Assembly (NCBI GenBank): GCA_016870915.1 | Contig: VFZY01000005.1 | Location: 3,706 to 67,705 of the forward strand | Source: Acidobacteriota bacterium | GTDB taxonomy: Bacteria > Acidobacteriota > Terriglobia > Bryobacterales > Bryobacteraceae | DNA: 64,000 bases | Direction: 5' to 3' | Part shown: piece after piece, positions 51,158-63,190 of the stretch | Layout: every line of letters starts with the position of its first letter | Position numbering within the stretch: position 1 is the first letter of the stretch | Position numbers and translations under genes: made by a program | The notes under the pieces: model-generated | The model's database searches: none | Told to the model about the DNA's origin: nothing | What the model saw: the letters and a program-made list of their open reading frames with translations, nothing else

Positions 51158-51246
51158 ACCATCGCCGCCGTGGACCAGTTTTTCGACGTCGAACGTGAGC
51201 CTGTTGGTGAAAGTATCGTTTACGATGGAAGGGCACCCCTACTACG

Positions 51247-52230
51247 ATGAAAGCACGCGTGTTCTCCGGCGTTCAACCGACCGGCAATCTTCATATTGGA
51301 AATTATCTCGGCGCCCTCAAGAGTTGGACCAAGGTTCAGTACGATTACGAGTGCATTTTCGGCATTGTCGATCTGCACGCGGTCACGCTCTATCAGAATC
51401 CGGAGGACCTGAAGGCGAAGATCGCCGAAGTGGCCGCGCTGTTCATCGCCTGTGGCATCGATCCGCGGCATTCCACCGTCATGGTGCAGTCTTCGGTGGC
51501 CGCGCACACGGAACTGGGATGGATGCTTACCTGCGTCACGCCGGTGGGCTGGCTGGAGCGGATGACGCAGTACAAGGCAAAGTCGGAAGCACAGGAGACC
51601 GTGGGCGCCGGTATTCTGCAATACCCGGTGTTGATGGCGGCCGATATCCTGCTCTACCAGGCGGCGCTGGTGCCGGTGGGTGACGACCAGACACAGCATC
51701 TGGAACTCACTCGCGATATCGCGCAGCGGTTCAACTCGCTTTATGGCGAGACGTTCGTCATGCCGGCCACGCGCACCCCGGCCGTGGGGGCTCGCGTGAT
51801 GGGCCTGGACGAGCCGGATAAGAAAATGAGCAAGTCCGCAACGGGGACGGGCCACGCCATCGGCATGCTGGATCCTCCGGATGTCGCGCGCAGGAAGATC
51901 ATGCGCGCCACCACGGATTCGAATCCCGCGGTCGACTTCGAAACCATGGGTCCGGGCGTGGCAAACCTGCTGGCGATCTTCCAGGCGTTCGGCGATTGGG
52001 ACGACGACAGGATCAAGGGCCACTTTAGCGGCATGCGCTACGGCGACCTCAAGAAGCAGGTGGCGGAGATGGTGCTTGAGTCCCTGGCGCCCATTCAACA
52101 GCGCTACCGCGAGATCACGGCGGACCCGGCCTATCTGCGGCAACTGCTCGCATCCGGCGCGGACCGCGTGCGGCCGATTGCCGATTCCACGGTGCGTCTG
52201 GTGAAGGAGCGGATGGGTCTGCACCAGTAG
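51247..52230 (+). CDS. trpS: tryptophan--tRNA ligase
   Basis: It has the class I HIGH-type motif (PTGNLHIGNYLGA), KMSKS and a typical TrpS length of 327 aa. Confidence 0.95.
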   Translation: MKARVFSGVQPTGNLHIGNYLGALKSWTKVQYDYECIFGIVDLHAVTLYQNPEDLKAKIAEVAALFIACGIDPRHSTVMVQSSVAAHTELGWMLTCVTPVGWLERMTQYKAKSEAQETVGAGILQYPVLMAADILLYQAALVPVGDDQTQHLELTRDIAQRFNSLYGETFVMPATRTPAVGARVMGLDEPDKKMSKSATGTGHAIGMLDPPDVARRKIMRATTDSNPAVDFETMGPGVANLLAIFQAFGDWDDDRIKGHFSGMRYGDLKKQVAEMVLESLAPIQQRYREITADPAYLRQLLASGADRVRPIADSTVRLVKERMGLHQ

Positions 52231-52247
52231 CCCAGCCGCGCACGCGA

Positions 52248-53588
52248 ATGGCATCCGCCGCCGCCGTCTCCATCCCGGCCTACTATCGTCTGCTGCGCGG
52301 CAACCGGAACATGCGTCTGCTTTGGTGGGCGCAGGTGATCAGCGAGATCGGGGACTGGCTCTACACCGTTTCGCTCTACAGCCTGATCTATGAACTCACC
52401 GGCAGCGCGAAGGCCATTGGTCTGGTGCTGGTGTTCCAGGTGCTGCCACAGTTCTTCATCGGGCCGACCGGCGGCGCCATCAACGATCATGTCAGCCGCC
52501 GCAAGGTGCTGATCTTTGCCGATATCGTGCGCGCGGTGGTGATCGCGGCCATGCTCCTGGTGCGGACCGTGGAAGCACTGCCCTGGCTCTTCGCTCTGCT
52601 GTTCCTTGAAACCGCGATGTGGGCGTTCTTTGAGCCGGGCCGCGCCGCAATCATTCCCAACATCACGCGGCCGGGGCCGGAATCAGTGACGGCCAATAGC
52701 TTGTCGTCCATGACATGGTCCGTGAACTTCTTTCTGGGCTCGGGATTGGGCGGATTGCTGGGCGTGGGGCTGGGCCGCGATGCCGTGTTCCTGATTGATG
52801 CCGTTTCGTTCCTGGTGTCGGCGTGGTTGATCCAGCGCATGAAGTTCAACGAGCCGCACCTTGAAGGCAAGGCGCCACTGACCGCGCGCGATCTGGTGGA
52901 TTTCCGCCCCATTGCCGACGGTGCAAGGTACATTTGGAATCACCCGCGGCTGGCAACCATGCTGATTCCGAAGTTTGGCCTGGGATTGCTGGGCGCGAAC
53001 TGGGTGATCCTGCCGGTGTTGGGCCAGCGTGAGTTCAAGTTGGGCACCGGTAGTGTGGGGGCAGTCGAGGCGGGCATGCTGGGAATGAGTGTGCTGATGT
53101 CGGCGCGCGGGTTGGGGGCGATGATTGGTCCGCTGGCCGCCGGGGGGTGGGTGGGGTCGAATGAAGACCGTATGCGGCGCGCGATCAGTGTGGGCTTTCT
53201 GTTGATTCTGGCCGGCTATGGGCTGCTCGCCGTGGCGCCGAACGTATGGGTGGCGTGCGCCGTGGTTGCGCTGGCGCACGCGGGCGGGTCAACCATCTGG
53301 GTGTTTTCGACAACGCTCCTGCAGGCTCATGCCGAGGATCGGTTTCGCGGGCGTGTGTTTGCGGCCGACTTCGGATTTCTGGTGCTGGCGATGTCCATGG
53401 CCACGTACGCAGGCGGGCTTGCCATCGATGGTGGCGTGCCGGTGCGGACCGTCGCCTTGGCGACAGGGTTGATCGTTCTGGGGCCGTGTTTTCTCTGGAC
53501 GCGCCTGACCGCGGGGTGGAAGCGGCCGGACCCAGACGCTATGCTGAAAGTTCAGCATGAAGAAACTGCTGGCCCTGAACCGCGGTGA
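52248..53588 (+). CDS. MFS transporter
   Basis: 446 aa with ~12 hydrophobic helices and an MFS loop motif (GPTGGAINDHVSRRKV). Confidence 0.85.
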   Translation: MASAAAVSIPAYYRLLRGNRNMRLLWWAQVISEIGDWLYTVSLYSLIYELTGSAKAIGLVLVFQVLPQFFIGPTGGAINDHVSRRKVLIFADIVRAVVIAAMLLVRTVEALPWLFALLFLETAMWAFFEPGRAAIIPNITRPGPESVTANSLSSMTWSVNFFLGSGLGGLLGVGLGRDAVFLIDAVSFLVSAWLIQRMKFNEPHLEGKAPLTARDLVDFRPIADGARYIWNHPRLATMLIPKFGLGLLGANWVILPVLGQREFKLGTGSVGAVEAGMLGMSVLMSARGLGAMIGPLAAGGWVGSNEDRMRRAISVGFLLILAGYGLLAVAPNVWVACAVVALAHAGGSTIWVFSTTLLQAHAEDRFRGRVFAADFGFLVLAMSMATYAGGLAIDGGVPVRTVALATGLIVLGPCFLWTRLTAGWKRPDPDAMLKVQHEETAGPEPR

Positions 53589-56500
53589 GATTGCCATCCG
53601 TATTTTCCGCGCGGCGAACGAACTGGGCCTGAAAACCGTCGCGATCTACTCCAAGGAAGATCGCTTGAGTCTGCACCGTTTCAAAGCGGACGAAGCTTAC
53701 CTGGTGGGCGAAACCAAAGGCCCCGTGGAAGCTTATCTGGATGTGGAGGGCGTGGTGTCGCTGGCGGCCGAAAAGGGCGTCACCTATGTCCATCCCGGCT
53801 ACGGCTTCCTGTCCGAGAATCCGGCGCTGCCTCGCGCCTGCGAACGCTACGGCCTGGTTTTCGTGGGGCCGGGCGCCGGTTTGCTTGAGCAGTTGGGCGA
53901 CAAGACGGCGGCCCGCGCCATCGCCGAAAAGGCCGGCATCCCCACAGTGCCCGGAACGGCGAATCCGGTTCGCACTCGCGAGCAGGCGGAACGCGCCGCG
54001 GCCCGCATCGGGTTTCCGTTGATCATCAAAGCGGCGTTCGGCGGCGGCGGCCGCGGCATGCGCGTGGTGAACTCACGCGCGGAACTGGCCGGAAAGATGG
54101 AAGAGGCGCAGCGGGAAGCGGCGGCGGCTTTTGGCAACGACGCAGTGTTCCTGGAACGGTACATCCGCCGTGCCCGGCATGTTGAGGTGCAGATTCTGGC
54201 CGACAAGGCGGGCAATGTGCTGCATCTTTATGAGCGCGATTGCTCCGTGCAGCGCCGTCATCAGAAGGTGGTTGAGGTGGCTCCGGCGGTGGATCTCGAC
54301 GGACGCATCCGCCGTGGATTGGCCGAGGCGTCGGTGGCCCTGGCACGTGCGGCGGGTTACTACAACGCCGGCACGGTGGAGTATCTGGTGGATGCTGATT
54401 CCGGCGAGTGGTACTTCATTGAAGTAAACCCGCGCGTGCAGGTGGAGCACACCGTGACCGAGATGGTGACGGGCATCGACATCGTTCGGTCGCAGATCCT
54501 GATTGCGCAGGGCCACACGTTGCACGGTTCCGCGATGCGCCTGCCCGCGCAGGAAGACGTTCCGCTCAATGGATTCGCCCTGCAGTGCCGTGTCACCACG
54601 GAGGACCCTGCCAGGAACTTCATGCCGGACTACGGGAAGATCCACACCTACCGGTCTCCCGCCGGCTTCGGCATCCGGCTGGATGGCGCGTCCGCGTACG
54701 GCGGCGCGGTGATCACGCCATACTACGACTCGCTGCTGGTGAAGATGACGGCCTGGGATCGTGAGTTCCCTCAGGCCTGCCAACGCATGGACCGCGCGCT
54801 GCGCGAGTTCCGCATTCGGGGCGTGAAGACCAACATTCCGTTCCTCGAGAATGTGGTGAACCACCCGACGTTTCAGCGGGGCCAGGCGACCACTTCCTTT
54901 CTGGGCGAAACGCCGGCGCTATTCCAGTTCAAGACCCGGCGCGATCGCGCCACGAAGCTTCTCAGCTATCTGGGCGAAGTGATTGTAAACGGCAACCCGG
55001 AAGTGGCGGGGAAGCCGCGCCCGGCATCCGTGCGTCCGGCGCCGGTGCCGCCCCACGTTCCCGGTGCGCCGCCGCGGGGCTCGCGCCAGGAGTTGGATGA
55101 GCGGGGCGCGGAAGGGTTTGCCCGCTGGGTCACTTCGCAGAAGCGGCTGCTGATCACCGATACGACCTTCCGCGACGCGCACCAATCGCTGCTCGCCACC
55201 CGCATGCGCACCCATGACATGGCCGCCATTGCGAACTTCGTGGCCCACCGCATGTCCGGTCTCTTCAGTCTGGAGATGTGGGGCGGGGCGACATTCGATG
55301 TCGCCATGCGGTTCCTGCATGAGGACCCGTGGAATCGCCTGGCTATGCTCAGGGCGGCCATTCCCAACATCTGCTTCCAGATGCTGCTGCGCGCGTCGAA
55401 CGCGGTGGGCTACACCGCTTACCCGGACAACGTGGTGCGCGAGTTCATTCTGGAGTCGGCACGCCAGGGCATGGACATCTTCCGGGTTTTCGATTCGCTG
55501 AACTGGCTGCCGAACATGAAGGTGGCCATGGAGGCGGTCCGGAAGTCCGGGCGCGTGTGCGAAGCCGCCATCTGCTACACGGGGGATGTTCTCGATCCGG
55601 CGCGCGAGAAATACTCCTTGAATTACTACGTGCGCATGGCCCGGGAACTTGAGCGGATGGGCGCGCACATTCTGGCGATCAAGGACATGGCCGGCCTCTG
55701 CAAGCCCTACGCGGCGGAGCGGCTGGTGACGGCGTTGCGCAATGAAGTGGGCCTGCCGATTCATTTCCACACCCACGATTCCAGCGGCATGAGCGCGGCC
55801 AGCGTGCTGAAGGCGGCTGAGGCGGGTGTGGATGTGGCGGACGCGGCCATCGCATCCATGAGCGGATCCACCAGCCAGCCCAGCCTGAATGCGATTGTCG
55901 CGGCCCTGGCGCGGACGGAGCGCGAGACCGGCCTGGAAAGCGAGACGTTGCGCGAGGCCTCGGATTACTGGGAACAGGTACGGACCTGGTACCTGCCGTT
56001 CGACACCGGTCCCCGGGCGGGACTGGCGGATCTTTACCTGCATGAGATGCCGGGCGGGCAGTATACGAACCTGCGGGAGCAGGCCGAATCGATGGGCTTG
56101 GGCCAGCGCTGGGCGGAGATCGCCCGGACCTATGCCGAGGTGAACCAATTGTTCGGCGACATCGTCAAGGTAACGCCATCCAGCAAAGTGGTGGGCGACA
56201 TGGCGATCTTCCTGGTGAGCCACGGCATCCGCGCGGCCGAATTCGCGGCGCTGGGGCCGGATCACACGCTGACGCTGCCGAACTCGGTGATCGACATGTT
56301 TGAGGGCTCGCTGGGCGCCCCCGAAGGCGGCTGGCCGAAGAAGATTCAGGCCATCGTGCTCAAGGGCCGGAAGCCGGAACGCGGGCGCCCCGGGGCCCGG
56401 CTTCCCAAGGCTGACCTGACGGCGAAAACAGCGGAGTTGGAGAAGAAACTGGGGCACAAGCCCTCGCGCACGGATCTGATGAGCAGCCTGATGTATGAGG

Positions 56501-56994
56501 ATGTGTTTCTGAAGTTCGCGCGAGCCCGGTCGGCGTATGGGGATCTGGACGTGCTGCCGACACCGGCGTTCTTCTACGGGGTGGCCAAGGGCGAAGAGAT
56601 CACGGTGGAGTTGGAGCCGGGCAAAACGCTGGTGGTGAAGTTCCTTACGGCGGGTGAACCGCACCCCAACGGGACACGCACGGTCTTCTTTGAACTCAAC
56701 GGCCAGCCGCGCGAGGTGACGGTGCGCGACAAATCGCTCAATGTCCAGACCTCGGCGCGGGCCAAGGCAGACGCGGCGATTGCGGGCCACGTGGCGGCGC
56801 CCATTCCGGGCGCAATCACGGCCATCCAGGTGGAAGTGGGCCAGCGTGTGGCCCGGGGCGAACGCCTTCTGGTGATGGAGGCGATGAAGATGCAAACCAC
56901 GGTTCTGGCGCCCGTTGCCGGGGTGGTGAAGAAAAAGCTGGCGGCGGTGGGTGAGACGGTGGAGCCGAAGGATCTGTTGATCGTGATCGAGTAG
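53557..56994 (+). CDS. pyc: pyruvate carboxylase (single-chain)
   Basis: 1145 aa. It has a biotin carboxylase N-domain (KLLALNRGEIAIRIFRAA.ELG), a carboxyltransferase TIM domain (DTTFRDAHQSL) and a C-terminal biotinyl domain with the EAMKM motif. The start overlaps the MFS gene end by 32 nt. Confidence 0.95.
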   Translation: MKKLLALNRGEIAIRIFRAANELGLKTVAIYSKEDRLSLHRFKADEAYLVGETKGPVEAYLDVEGVVSLAAEKGVTYVHPGYGFLSENPALPRACERYGLVFVGPGAGLLEQLGDKTAARAIAEKAGIPTVPGTANPVRTREQAERAAARIGFPLIIKAAFGGGGRGMRVVNSRAELAGKMEEAQREAAAAFGNDAVFLERYIRRARHVEVQILADKAGNVLHLYERDCSVQRRHQKVVEVAPAVDLDGRIRRGLAEASVALARAAGYYNAGTVEYLVDADSGEWYFIEVNPRVQVEHTVTEMVTGIDIVRSQILIAQGHTLHGSAMRLPAQEDVPLNGFALQCRVTTEDPARNFMPDYGKIHTYRSPAGFGIRLDGASAYGGAVITPYYDSLLVKMTAWDREFPQACQRMDRALREFRIRGVKTNIPFLENVVNHPTFQRGQATTSFLGETPALFQFKTRRDRATKLLSYLGEVIVNGNPEVAGKPRPASVRPAPVPPHVPGAPPRGSRQELDERGAEGFARWVTSQKRLLITDTTFRDAHQSLLATRMRTHDMAAIANFVAHRMSGLFSLEMWGGATFDVAMRFLHEDPWNRLAMLRAAIPNICFQMLLRASNAVGYTAYPDNVVREFILESARQGMDIFRVFDSLNWLPNMKVAMEAVRKSGRVCEAAICYTGDVLDPAREKYSLNYYVRMARELERMGAHILAIKDMAGLCKPYAAERLVTALRNEVGLPIHFHTHDSSGMSAASVLKAAEAGVDVADAAIASMSGSTSQPSLNAIVAALARTERETGLESETLREASDYWEQVRTWYLPFDTGPRAGLADLYLHEMPGGQYTNLREQAESMGLGQRWAEIARTYAEVNQLFGDIVKVTPSSKVVGDMAIFLVSHGIRAAEFAALGPDHTLTLPNSVIDMFEGSLGAPEGGWPKKIQAIVLKGRKPERGRPGARLPKADLTAKTAELEKKLGHKPSRTDLMSSLMYEDVFLKFARARSAYGDLDVLPTPAFFYGVAKGEEITVELEPGKTLVVKFLTAGEPHPNGTRTVFFELNGQPREVTVRDKSLNVQTSARAKADAAIAGHVAAPIPGAITAIQVEVGQRVARGERLLVMEAMKMQTTVLAPVAGVVKKKLAAVGETVEPKDLLIVIE

Positions 56995-57016
56995 TGGCGC
57001 CTCGCAAGCCTTTGCA

Positions 57017-58021
57017 CTAGAGCGAGAGGTGGAACTCCTGGCCAATCTCGCGGAAAGCGACGCGGCTTTGGGCATTCCCAGCGGCGTATTGCAGCCGTTC
57101 GATGGGTTCCAGGTGCGGCTCCCGGCTGAGTTGGAAGGTCTGGTGGTGCACCGCCAGAACATGCTCGGCGCGGGCCTCATTCGCCATGCGCATCGCCTGC
57201 TCAGGTGTGCAGTGCGCATGAATCCAGGGATTGTAGGCGCCGATGGGCATCAGCGCAAGGTCCACGGGACCGGCGCCCGGTAAGCGGCGGAAGCTCTGGC
57301 TATCGGCCGTGTCGCCGGCAAAGACGATCCGGCGGCCGCGCGATTCAATGACATAGCCGCCATAACCTCGCCACGTATCGGTGCGGACGCGGGCGCCCCA
57401 GTGGTTTACCTCCAGGCCGTGGATCACCAGCGGGCCCACGCGTGTGCTGGCGTTCCATCCCGCTTCGGTGACGCGCCGGTAGCGGTCCACGCGCAGCAGA
57501 TCGCTGGTCTTGGCCGCCGTCACCACTTCCGGCCGGCCGCGTTCCAGGGCGCGCAGCGACGGCAGGTCGAAGTGGTCGAAATGGGCATGGGAGAGCAGGA
57601 CAAGGTCGATCTTCGGCAGCTTGTCGATAGGAAGCGCCGGGGCCACCAGACGTTTCAGGCCGACGGTCATCAGCTTGAGATCGATGCCGCAGCGGTCGCT
57701 AAAGACCGGGTCGGTGAGGATGGTGTAGCCATCCAGCTTCATCAGGACGGTGGTGTGGCCCAGCCATGCCGCGTGGAAGCCGGTATCGGGCCAAAGCGAA
57801 GGATCCGGAAGGTGGGGCGCCTTGGGAATCTCCTTGCCCCATTCGGAAGCGTACTGCCGCCAGAACGATGGCGCCGCGCGATAGAGCAGACCGGCCACGC
57901 CGGCCACACCGGCGGCGCCCGCGCTCATCACCCAAACCCTGCGCCGCATGTTCAGTTGAGTCCCCGCAATACGCCTATAGAGACGCAGAGAGGGGCCAGA
58001 TTGTTTCCGCCACACCGGCAT
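57017..58021 (-). CDS. MBL-fold metallo-hydrolase (NAPE-PLD-like)
   Basis: The sequence AAWLGHTTVLMKLDG..ILTDPVFS is followed by the metal motif LLSHAHFDHFD. The track ORF extends to 58228, but that part overlaps nusB out of frame. The start is ATG 58021 or 57949. Confidence 0.75.
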   Translation of the reverse strand: MPVWRKQSGPSLRLYRRIAGTQLNMRRRVWVMSAGAAGVAGVAGLLYRAAPSFWRQYASEWGKEIPKAPHLPDPSLWPDTGFHAAWLGHTTVLMKLDGYTILTDPVFSDRCGIDLKLMTVGLKRLVAPALPIDKLPKIDLVLLSHAHFDHFDLPSLRALERGRPEVVTAAKTSDLLRVDRYRRVTEAGWNASTRVGPLVIHGLEVNHWGARVRTDTWRGYGGYVIESRGRRIVFAGDTADSQSFRRLPGAGPVDLALMPIGAYNPWIHAHCTPEQAMRMANEARAEHVLAVHHQTFQLSREPHLEPIERLQYAAGNAQSRVAFREIGQEFHLSL

Positions 58022-58061
58022 GAAGGCTGTACGGAGCTTTTCGGCACGGTTCCGGCCTTCT

Positions 58062-58514
58062 TTACTCTCCGGACTTTCCGGCGGCTTCGGAAGGGCGGAG
58101 TTCGCGGCCCACCGCATCCAGCACGCCGTTGATGAACCGGACGGACTCCTCCCCAGCGAACCGGCGGGCCAGTTCGATCGCTTCATCCAGCACCACGGGC
58201 TGCGCCAGGTTGCCGGCCAGCAGTTCATAGACTCCCAGCCTCAGGATGTTTCGCTCCACGTTCGGCAGACGGTCGATGCGCCAATTGGCGGCGTGGGCGG
58301 TGATGCGGGCGTCTATATCGTCCAGGCGGGCCAGGGTGCCGCGCACCAGTTCTTCCATGAAAGCGTCAGGGGCGATGCGGTGGATGGCATCGTCATCCGA
58401 GTACGAATGCAGCGTGTTGTAGTACGCCTGGGTGGCCTCCTCCACAGGCTGCCGGGTGAGGTCGTGGGCAAACAGCACTTGGAGCGCGCGTTCGCGCGAC
58501 TTGCGCCGGGCCAT
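58062..58514 (-). CDS. nusB: transcription antitermination factor NusB
   Basis: The product starts MARRKSRERALQVLFAHDL... and contains RLD.IDARI...A.NW...RL...ER.ILRLG.YEL. It is in the conserved ribH-nusB arrangement, 3 nt after ribH. Confidence 0.9.
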   Translation of the reverse strand: MARRKSRERALQVLFAHDLTRQPVEEATQAYYNTLHSYSDDDAIHRIAPDAFMEELVRGTLARLDDIDARITAHAANWRIDRLPNVERNILRLGVYELLAGNLAQPVVLDEAIELARRFAGEESVRFINGVLDAVGRELRPSEAAGKSGE

Positions 58515-58517
58515 CGG

Positions 58518-59003
58518 CTACTGCGGGCCCGCCGCGCGCAGGCGCCTGAGCAGGTTGGCCATCTCGATGGCGGTGATGGCGGCGTCGAAACCCTTGTTGC
58601 CAGCCTTGGCTCCGGCGCGGTCAATCGCCTGTTCCACGGTGTTCGTGGTGAGGATTCCGAAAGCGACGGGCACGCCGGTTTCCGTGGCAATCTGAGCCAA
58701 TCCGCTGGCGGCCTGCCCGGCAACATAGTCGAAGTGTGGGGTCTCGCCGCGGATGACGGCCCCCAGGCAGATGATGGCGTCATGCCGCTTCTGAAGAGCC
58801 AGTTCACGCGTCACAATGGGCATTTCCCAGGATCCGGGCACGCGGACAATCTCGATCTTCGAGGGGTCGCCGCCGGAACGCCCGATGGCGTCGAGGGCTC
58901 CCTCCACCAGCCGCTGCGTGATGAAGCTGTTGAATCGGCTGACGACGATGGCGAGCTTCAAGCCCTGCGCGTCCAGTTGGCCTTCAATGGCGTTTGGAAC
59001 CAT
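58518..59003 (-). CDS. ribH: 6,7-dimethyl-8-ribityllumazine synthase
   Basis: It contains [18 protein letters not shown].......I....VPG..E.P.......K..DAII.LGAVIRG.T.HFDYV, the canonical RibH pattern. The ATG is at 59003. Confidence 0.95.
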   Translation of the reverse strand: MVPNAIEGQLDAQGLKLAIVVSRFNSFITQRLVEGALDAIGRSGGDPSKIEIVRVPGSWEMPIVTRELALQKRHDAIICLGAVIRGETPHFDYVAGQAASGLAQIATETGVPVAFGILTTNTVEQAIDRAGAKAGNKGFDAAITAIEMANLLRRLRAAGPQ

Positions 59004-59038
59004 ATGGGATAATAGGGGTTTCCCCCCGATTTTACCGC

Positions 59039-60850
<1,812 letters not shown>

Positions 60851-60852
60851 CC

Positions 60853-62010
60853 ATGACCCCGGCCCTTCTCGCGATGGCCCTTCTGGCCGCGCAGGCGGCG
60901 CCCGCTGGCGAGGCGCCCCGGCAGCACAAAGTGACCTCCCGGCGCAGTCCGGCGCCGGAACCCGGCGCTGAGAATGAGGCGATCCCTTCGTTGGTTGAAG
61001 GCGTGCGGTCCCGGCGTGATTGGGAGCGCCGGAAACGGCCGGAACTGCTCCGGTTCTGGACCCAGGTGCTGGGGAAGCTCGATCCGGCCCCCGCGGACCA
61101 GCGGTGGTTCGGAGACGTAAGCCGGGTTCGCGAACTGGACCGCCGCGAAACCGAACACTACACCAGGATTCATCTCGAAATCCCGCTGGAAACGGATTTC
61201 TACCAGCGCCACCTGCTGCTGGTGCCGAAAAAGTTCAAGGGTCGCCGCCCGGCGGTGATCTGCTGGACCTCGACCACGCCGGACTATACCGCGCCTGAAG
61301 GCTGGTGGGGCGCCTGGCTGGCCGAGCGCGGGTTCGTGGTGCTGACCAGTTGGTCCTTCATTCGAAGCTACCGGGATGGCTCCAACTACTCAACGGGCGC
61401 GCAGGACAAGGTCTATGAGCGATTCGGGCGCTGGCTGCCGATGGCCAAGATGGTCTACGACGCGCGTCGTGAAGCCCGGTACCTGGCCGGGTTGCCTCAA
61501 GTGGACCGGAAGCGCATCGGTTTTATCGGCTTTTCGCTGGGGGCGAAGGCCGCGGTCTACGTCGGGGCCTTCGCGCCGGAGATCGCGGCGACGGTGGCGC
61601 TGGACCCGCACATCGCCGTGAATGGCTCCACGAACTGGTACGCGCCCTGGTATCTGGATTGGACGCGCCGTTGGCCGGAACTTCCTGGCGGCGGCACGGT
61701 GCTCAGTCTGCTCAATCCGGACCCGGGGCGGCCCGGTTTTGAGCACGATCATCATGAGTTGATGGCTTTGGCCGCGCCCAGGCCGTTCCTGCTGATTGGC
61801 GGGGCCTCCGGGCGCGAGGCCGACGGCGGCGATTCAGACGACCGGCAGAGCGGTGGTTATGTGGAGCGGGCGCGCGAAGTTTACCGGCTTCTGGGCGTCC
61901 CGGACCGTCTGGAGTTCGCCCTGACCGCGGATGGGCACAAGCCGAACGGGCCGGCGATCGACGCCGCCTGGCAGGGCTTCTTCATGAAGCACCTGGGCGG
62001 GCTACACTGA
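60853..62010 (+). CDS. secreted alpha/beta hydrolase (acetyl-xylan-esterase / dienelactone-hydrolase-like)
   Basis: The ATG lies 2 nt after the lepA stop. It has a signal-like N-terminus (MTPALLAMALLAAQAAPA) and a nucleophile elbow (GFIGFSLGAKAAVY). The 435-aa track ORF upstream part overlaps lepA. Confidence 0.7.
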   Translation: MTPALLAMALLAAQAAPAGEAPRQHKVTSRRSPAPEPGAENEAIPSLVEGVRSRRDWERRKRPELLRFWTQVLGKLDPAPADQRWFGDVSRVRELDRRETEHYTRIHLEIPLETDFYQRHLLLVPKKFKGRRPAVICWTSTTPDYTAPEGWWGAWLAERGFVVLTSWSFIRSYRDGSNYSTGAQDKVYERFGRWLPMAKMVYDARREARYLAGLPQVDRKRIGFIGFSLGAKAAVYVGAFAPEIAATVALDPHIAVNGSTNWYAPWYLDWTRRWPELPGGGTVLSLLNPDPGRPGFEHDHHELMALAAPRPFLLIGGASGREADGGDSDDRQSGGYVERAREVYRLLGVPDRLEFALTADGHKPNGPAIDAAWQGFFMKHLGGLH

Positions 62011-62025
62011 GGTCAGAAGCCCGCT

Positions 62026-62502
62026 GTGATCTATTCGAAATCGGCCGAGTACGCGATCCGCGCCCTGGTCCATCTGGCGGGCCAGCCGGAAGGCCAGTTC
62101 ATCCTGGCTCGGAATATTGCCCATTCCGAGGCGATTCCGGCCCATTTTTTGGCGAAAATCCTGCAACAATTGGCGAAAAGAGGCCTGTTGAGGTCGGTGA
62201 AGGGACAGGCGGGCGGCTTCACGCTCAGGCAGCCCGCAACCACGATCAGTCTCCTTAAAATCGTGGAAGCTGTCGATGGAGAAGAAGGTTGCCGCCGCTG
62301 TATTGCCGGGATGAGTGAATGTAGCGACGAGACCGTTTGCCCGATGCACGATTCCTGGAAGGGTCTGCGGTCTCGTATCATGGAATATTTGGAGCGGACA
62401 TCGATCGAGGATCTCGCTTCGGCGCTCGAGCAGAAGCGGCGGCTGCTGGAAACGCAGCATAGTCAACGCCGGGGTCCGGCACGAAAAAGCGTGTCCCACT
62501 GA
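62026..62502 (+). CDS. Rrf2-family transcriptional regulator (IscR/NsrR-like) with a Cys cluster
   Basis: The Rrf2 wHTH reads (M)IYSKSAEYAIRALVHLA......F.....IA....IP..FLAKILQQLAK.GLL.S.KG..GGF.L. It has three Cys in C..CIAGMSEC....VCP. The start is GTG. Confidence 0.85.
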   Translation: MIYSKSAEYAIRALVHLAGQPEGQFILARNIAHSEAIPAHFLAKILQQLAKRGLLRSVKGQAGGFTLRQPATTISLLKIVEAVDGEEGCRRCIAGMSECSDETVCPMHDSWKGLRSRIMEYLERTSIEDLASALEQKRRLLETQHSQRRGPARKSVSH

Positions 62503-62541
62503 GAGTGGACGGCGCTGGTATTGGGGAGGTTTTTTCCGCAA

Positions 62542-63150
62542 ATGGATAGTCTCAACTTCGTTCCCTATGTCGTGGAACAAACGTCACGCGGGGAGCGTGT
62601 GTTCGATATATACTCCCGGCTGCTCAAGGAAAACATCATCTTTTTGGGTACTCCAATTGACGATCATGTCGCCAATTCGATCATTGCCCAGATTCTTTTC
62701 CTGGCGGCCGAGGATCCGGAGCGGGACATCTCGCTGTACATCAACTCGCCAGGCGGTTCGATCACCGCGGGTCTCGCCATCCTGGACACCATGAATCTGG
62801 TGGAGCCGGACATTGTCACTTACTGCGTTGGCCAGGCGGCCTCCATGGCGGCTGTGCTTCTGGCCTGCGGCACCAAGGGCAAACGTTTCAGCCTTCCGCA
62901 TTCGCGGATTCTCATCCATCAGCCTTCGATGAGCGGCCTGGCCGGCCAGGCATCGGACATCGACATCTACGCTCGCGAGATTCTGCGCATGCGGCAGATT
63001 CTGAACGGCATCCTGGCGGACGCCACCGGGCAGCCGGTGGACCGCGTGGCCCGCGACGTGGACCGCGACTACATCATGGAAGCCGCGCAGGGGATCGAGT
63101 ACGGCATCATTGACCGTGTCATCTCCAGCCGCGACCAATCCACCAAGTAG
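62542..63150 (+). CDS. clpP: ATP-dependent Clp protease proteolytic subunit
   Basis: It contains [41 protein letters not shown]...[21 protein letters not shown] and the catalytic-Ser context [18 protein letters not shown] lies upstream. Confidence 0.95.
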   Translation: MDSLNFVPYVVEQTSRGERVFDIYSRLLKENIIFLGTPIDDHVANSIIAQILFLAAEDPERDISLYINSPGGSITAGLAILDTMNLVEPDIVTYCVGQAASMAAVLLACGTKGKRFSLPHSRILIHQPSMSGLAGQASDIDIYAREILRMRQILNGILADATGQPVDRVARDVDRDYIMEAAQGIEYGIIDRVISSRDQSTK

Positions 63151-63190
63151 TCAATCCCGGCGGGCCGCCGCTCACGCTACAATCGGTTTC

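Noticed and set aside
54919-57219. 766-aa minus-strand ORF (also 54073-54864 and 51220-52254 on the minus strand, and 45265-46239 on the plus strand)
   Set aside because: They are antisense to pyruvate carboxylase, trpS and the DinB-like gene respectively. The opposite strands carry unmistakable family motifs.
59004-59038. 35-bp divergent spacer between ribH and lepA as a riboswitch or regulatory element
   Set aside because: It is too short for an FMN riboswitch. It only implies that the promoters lie inside the neighbouring coding regions.
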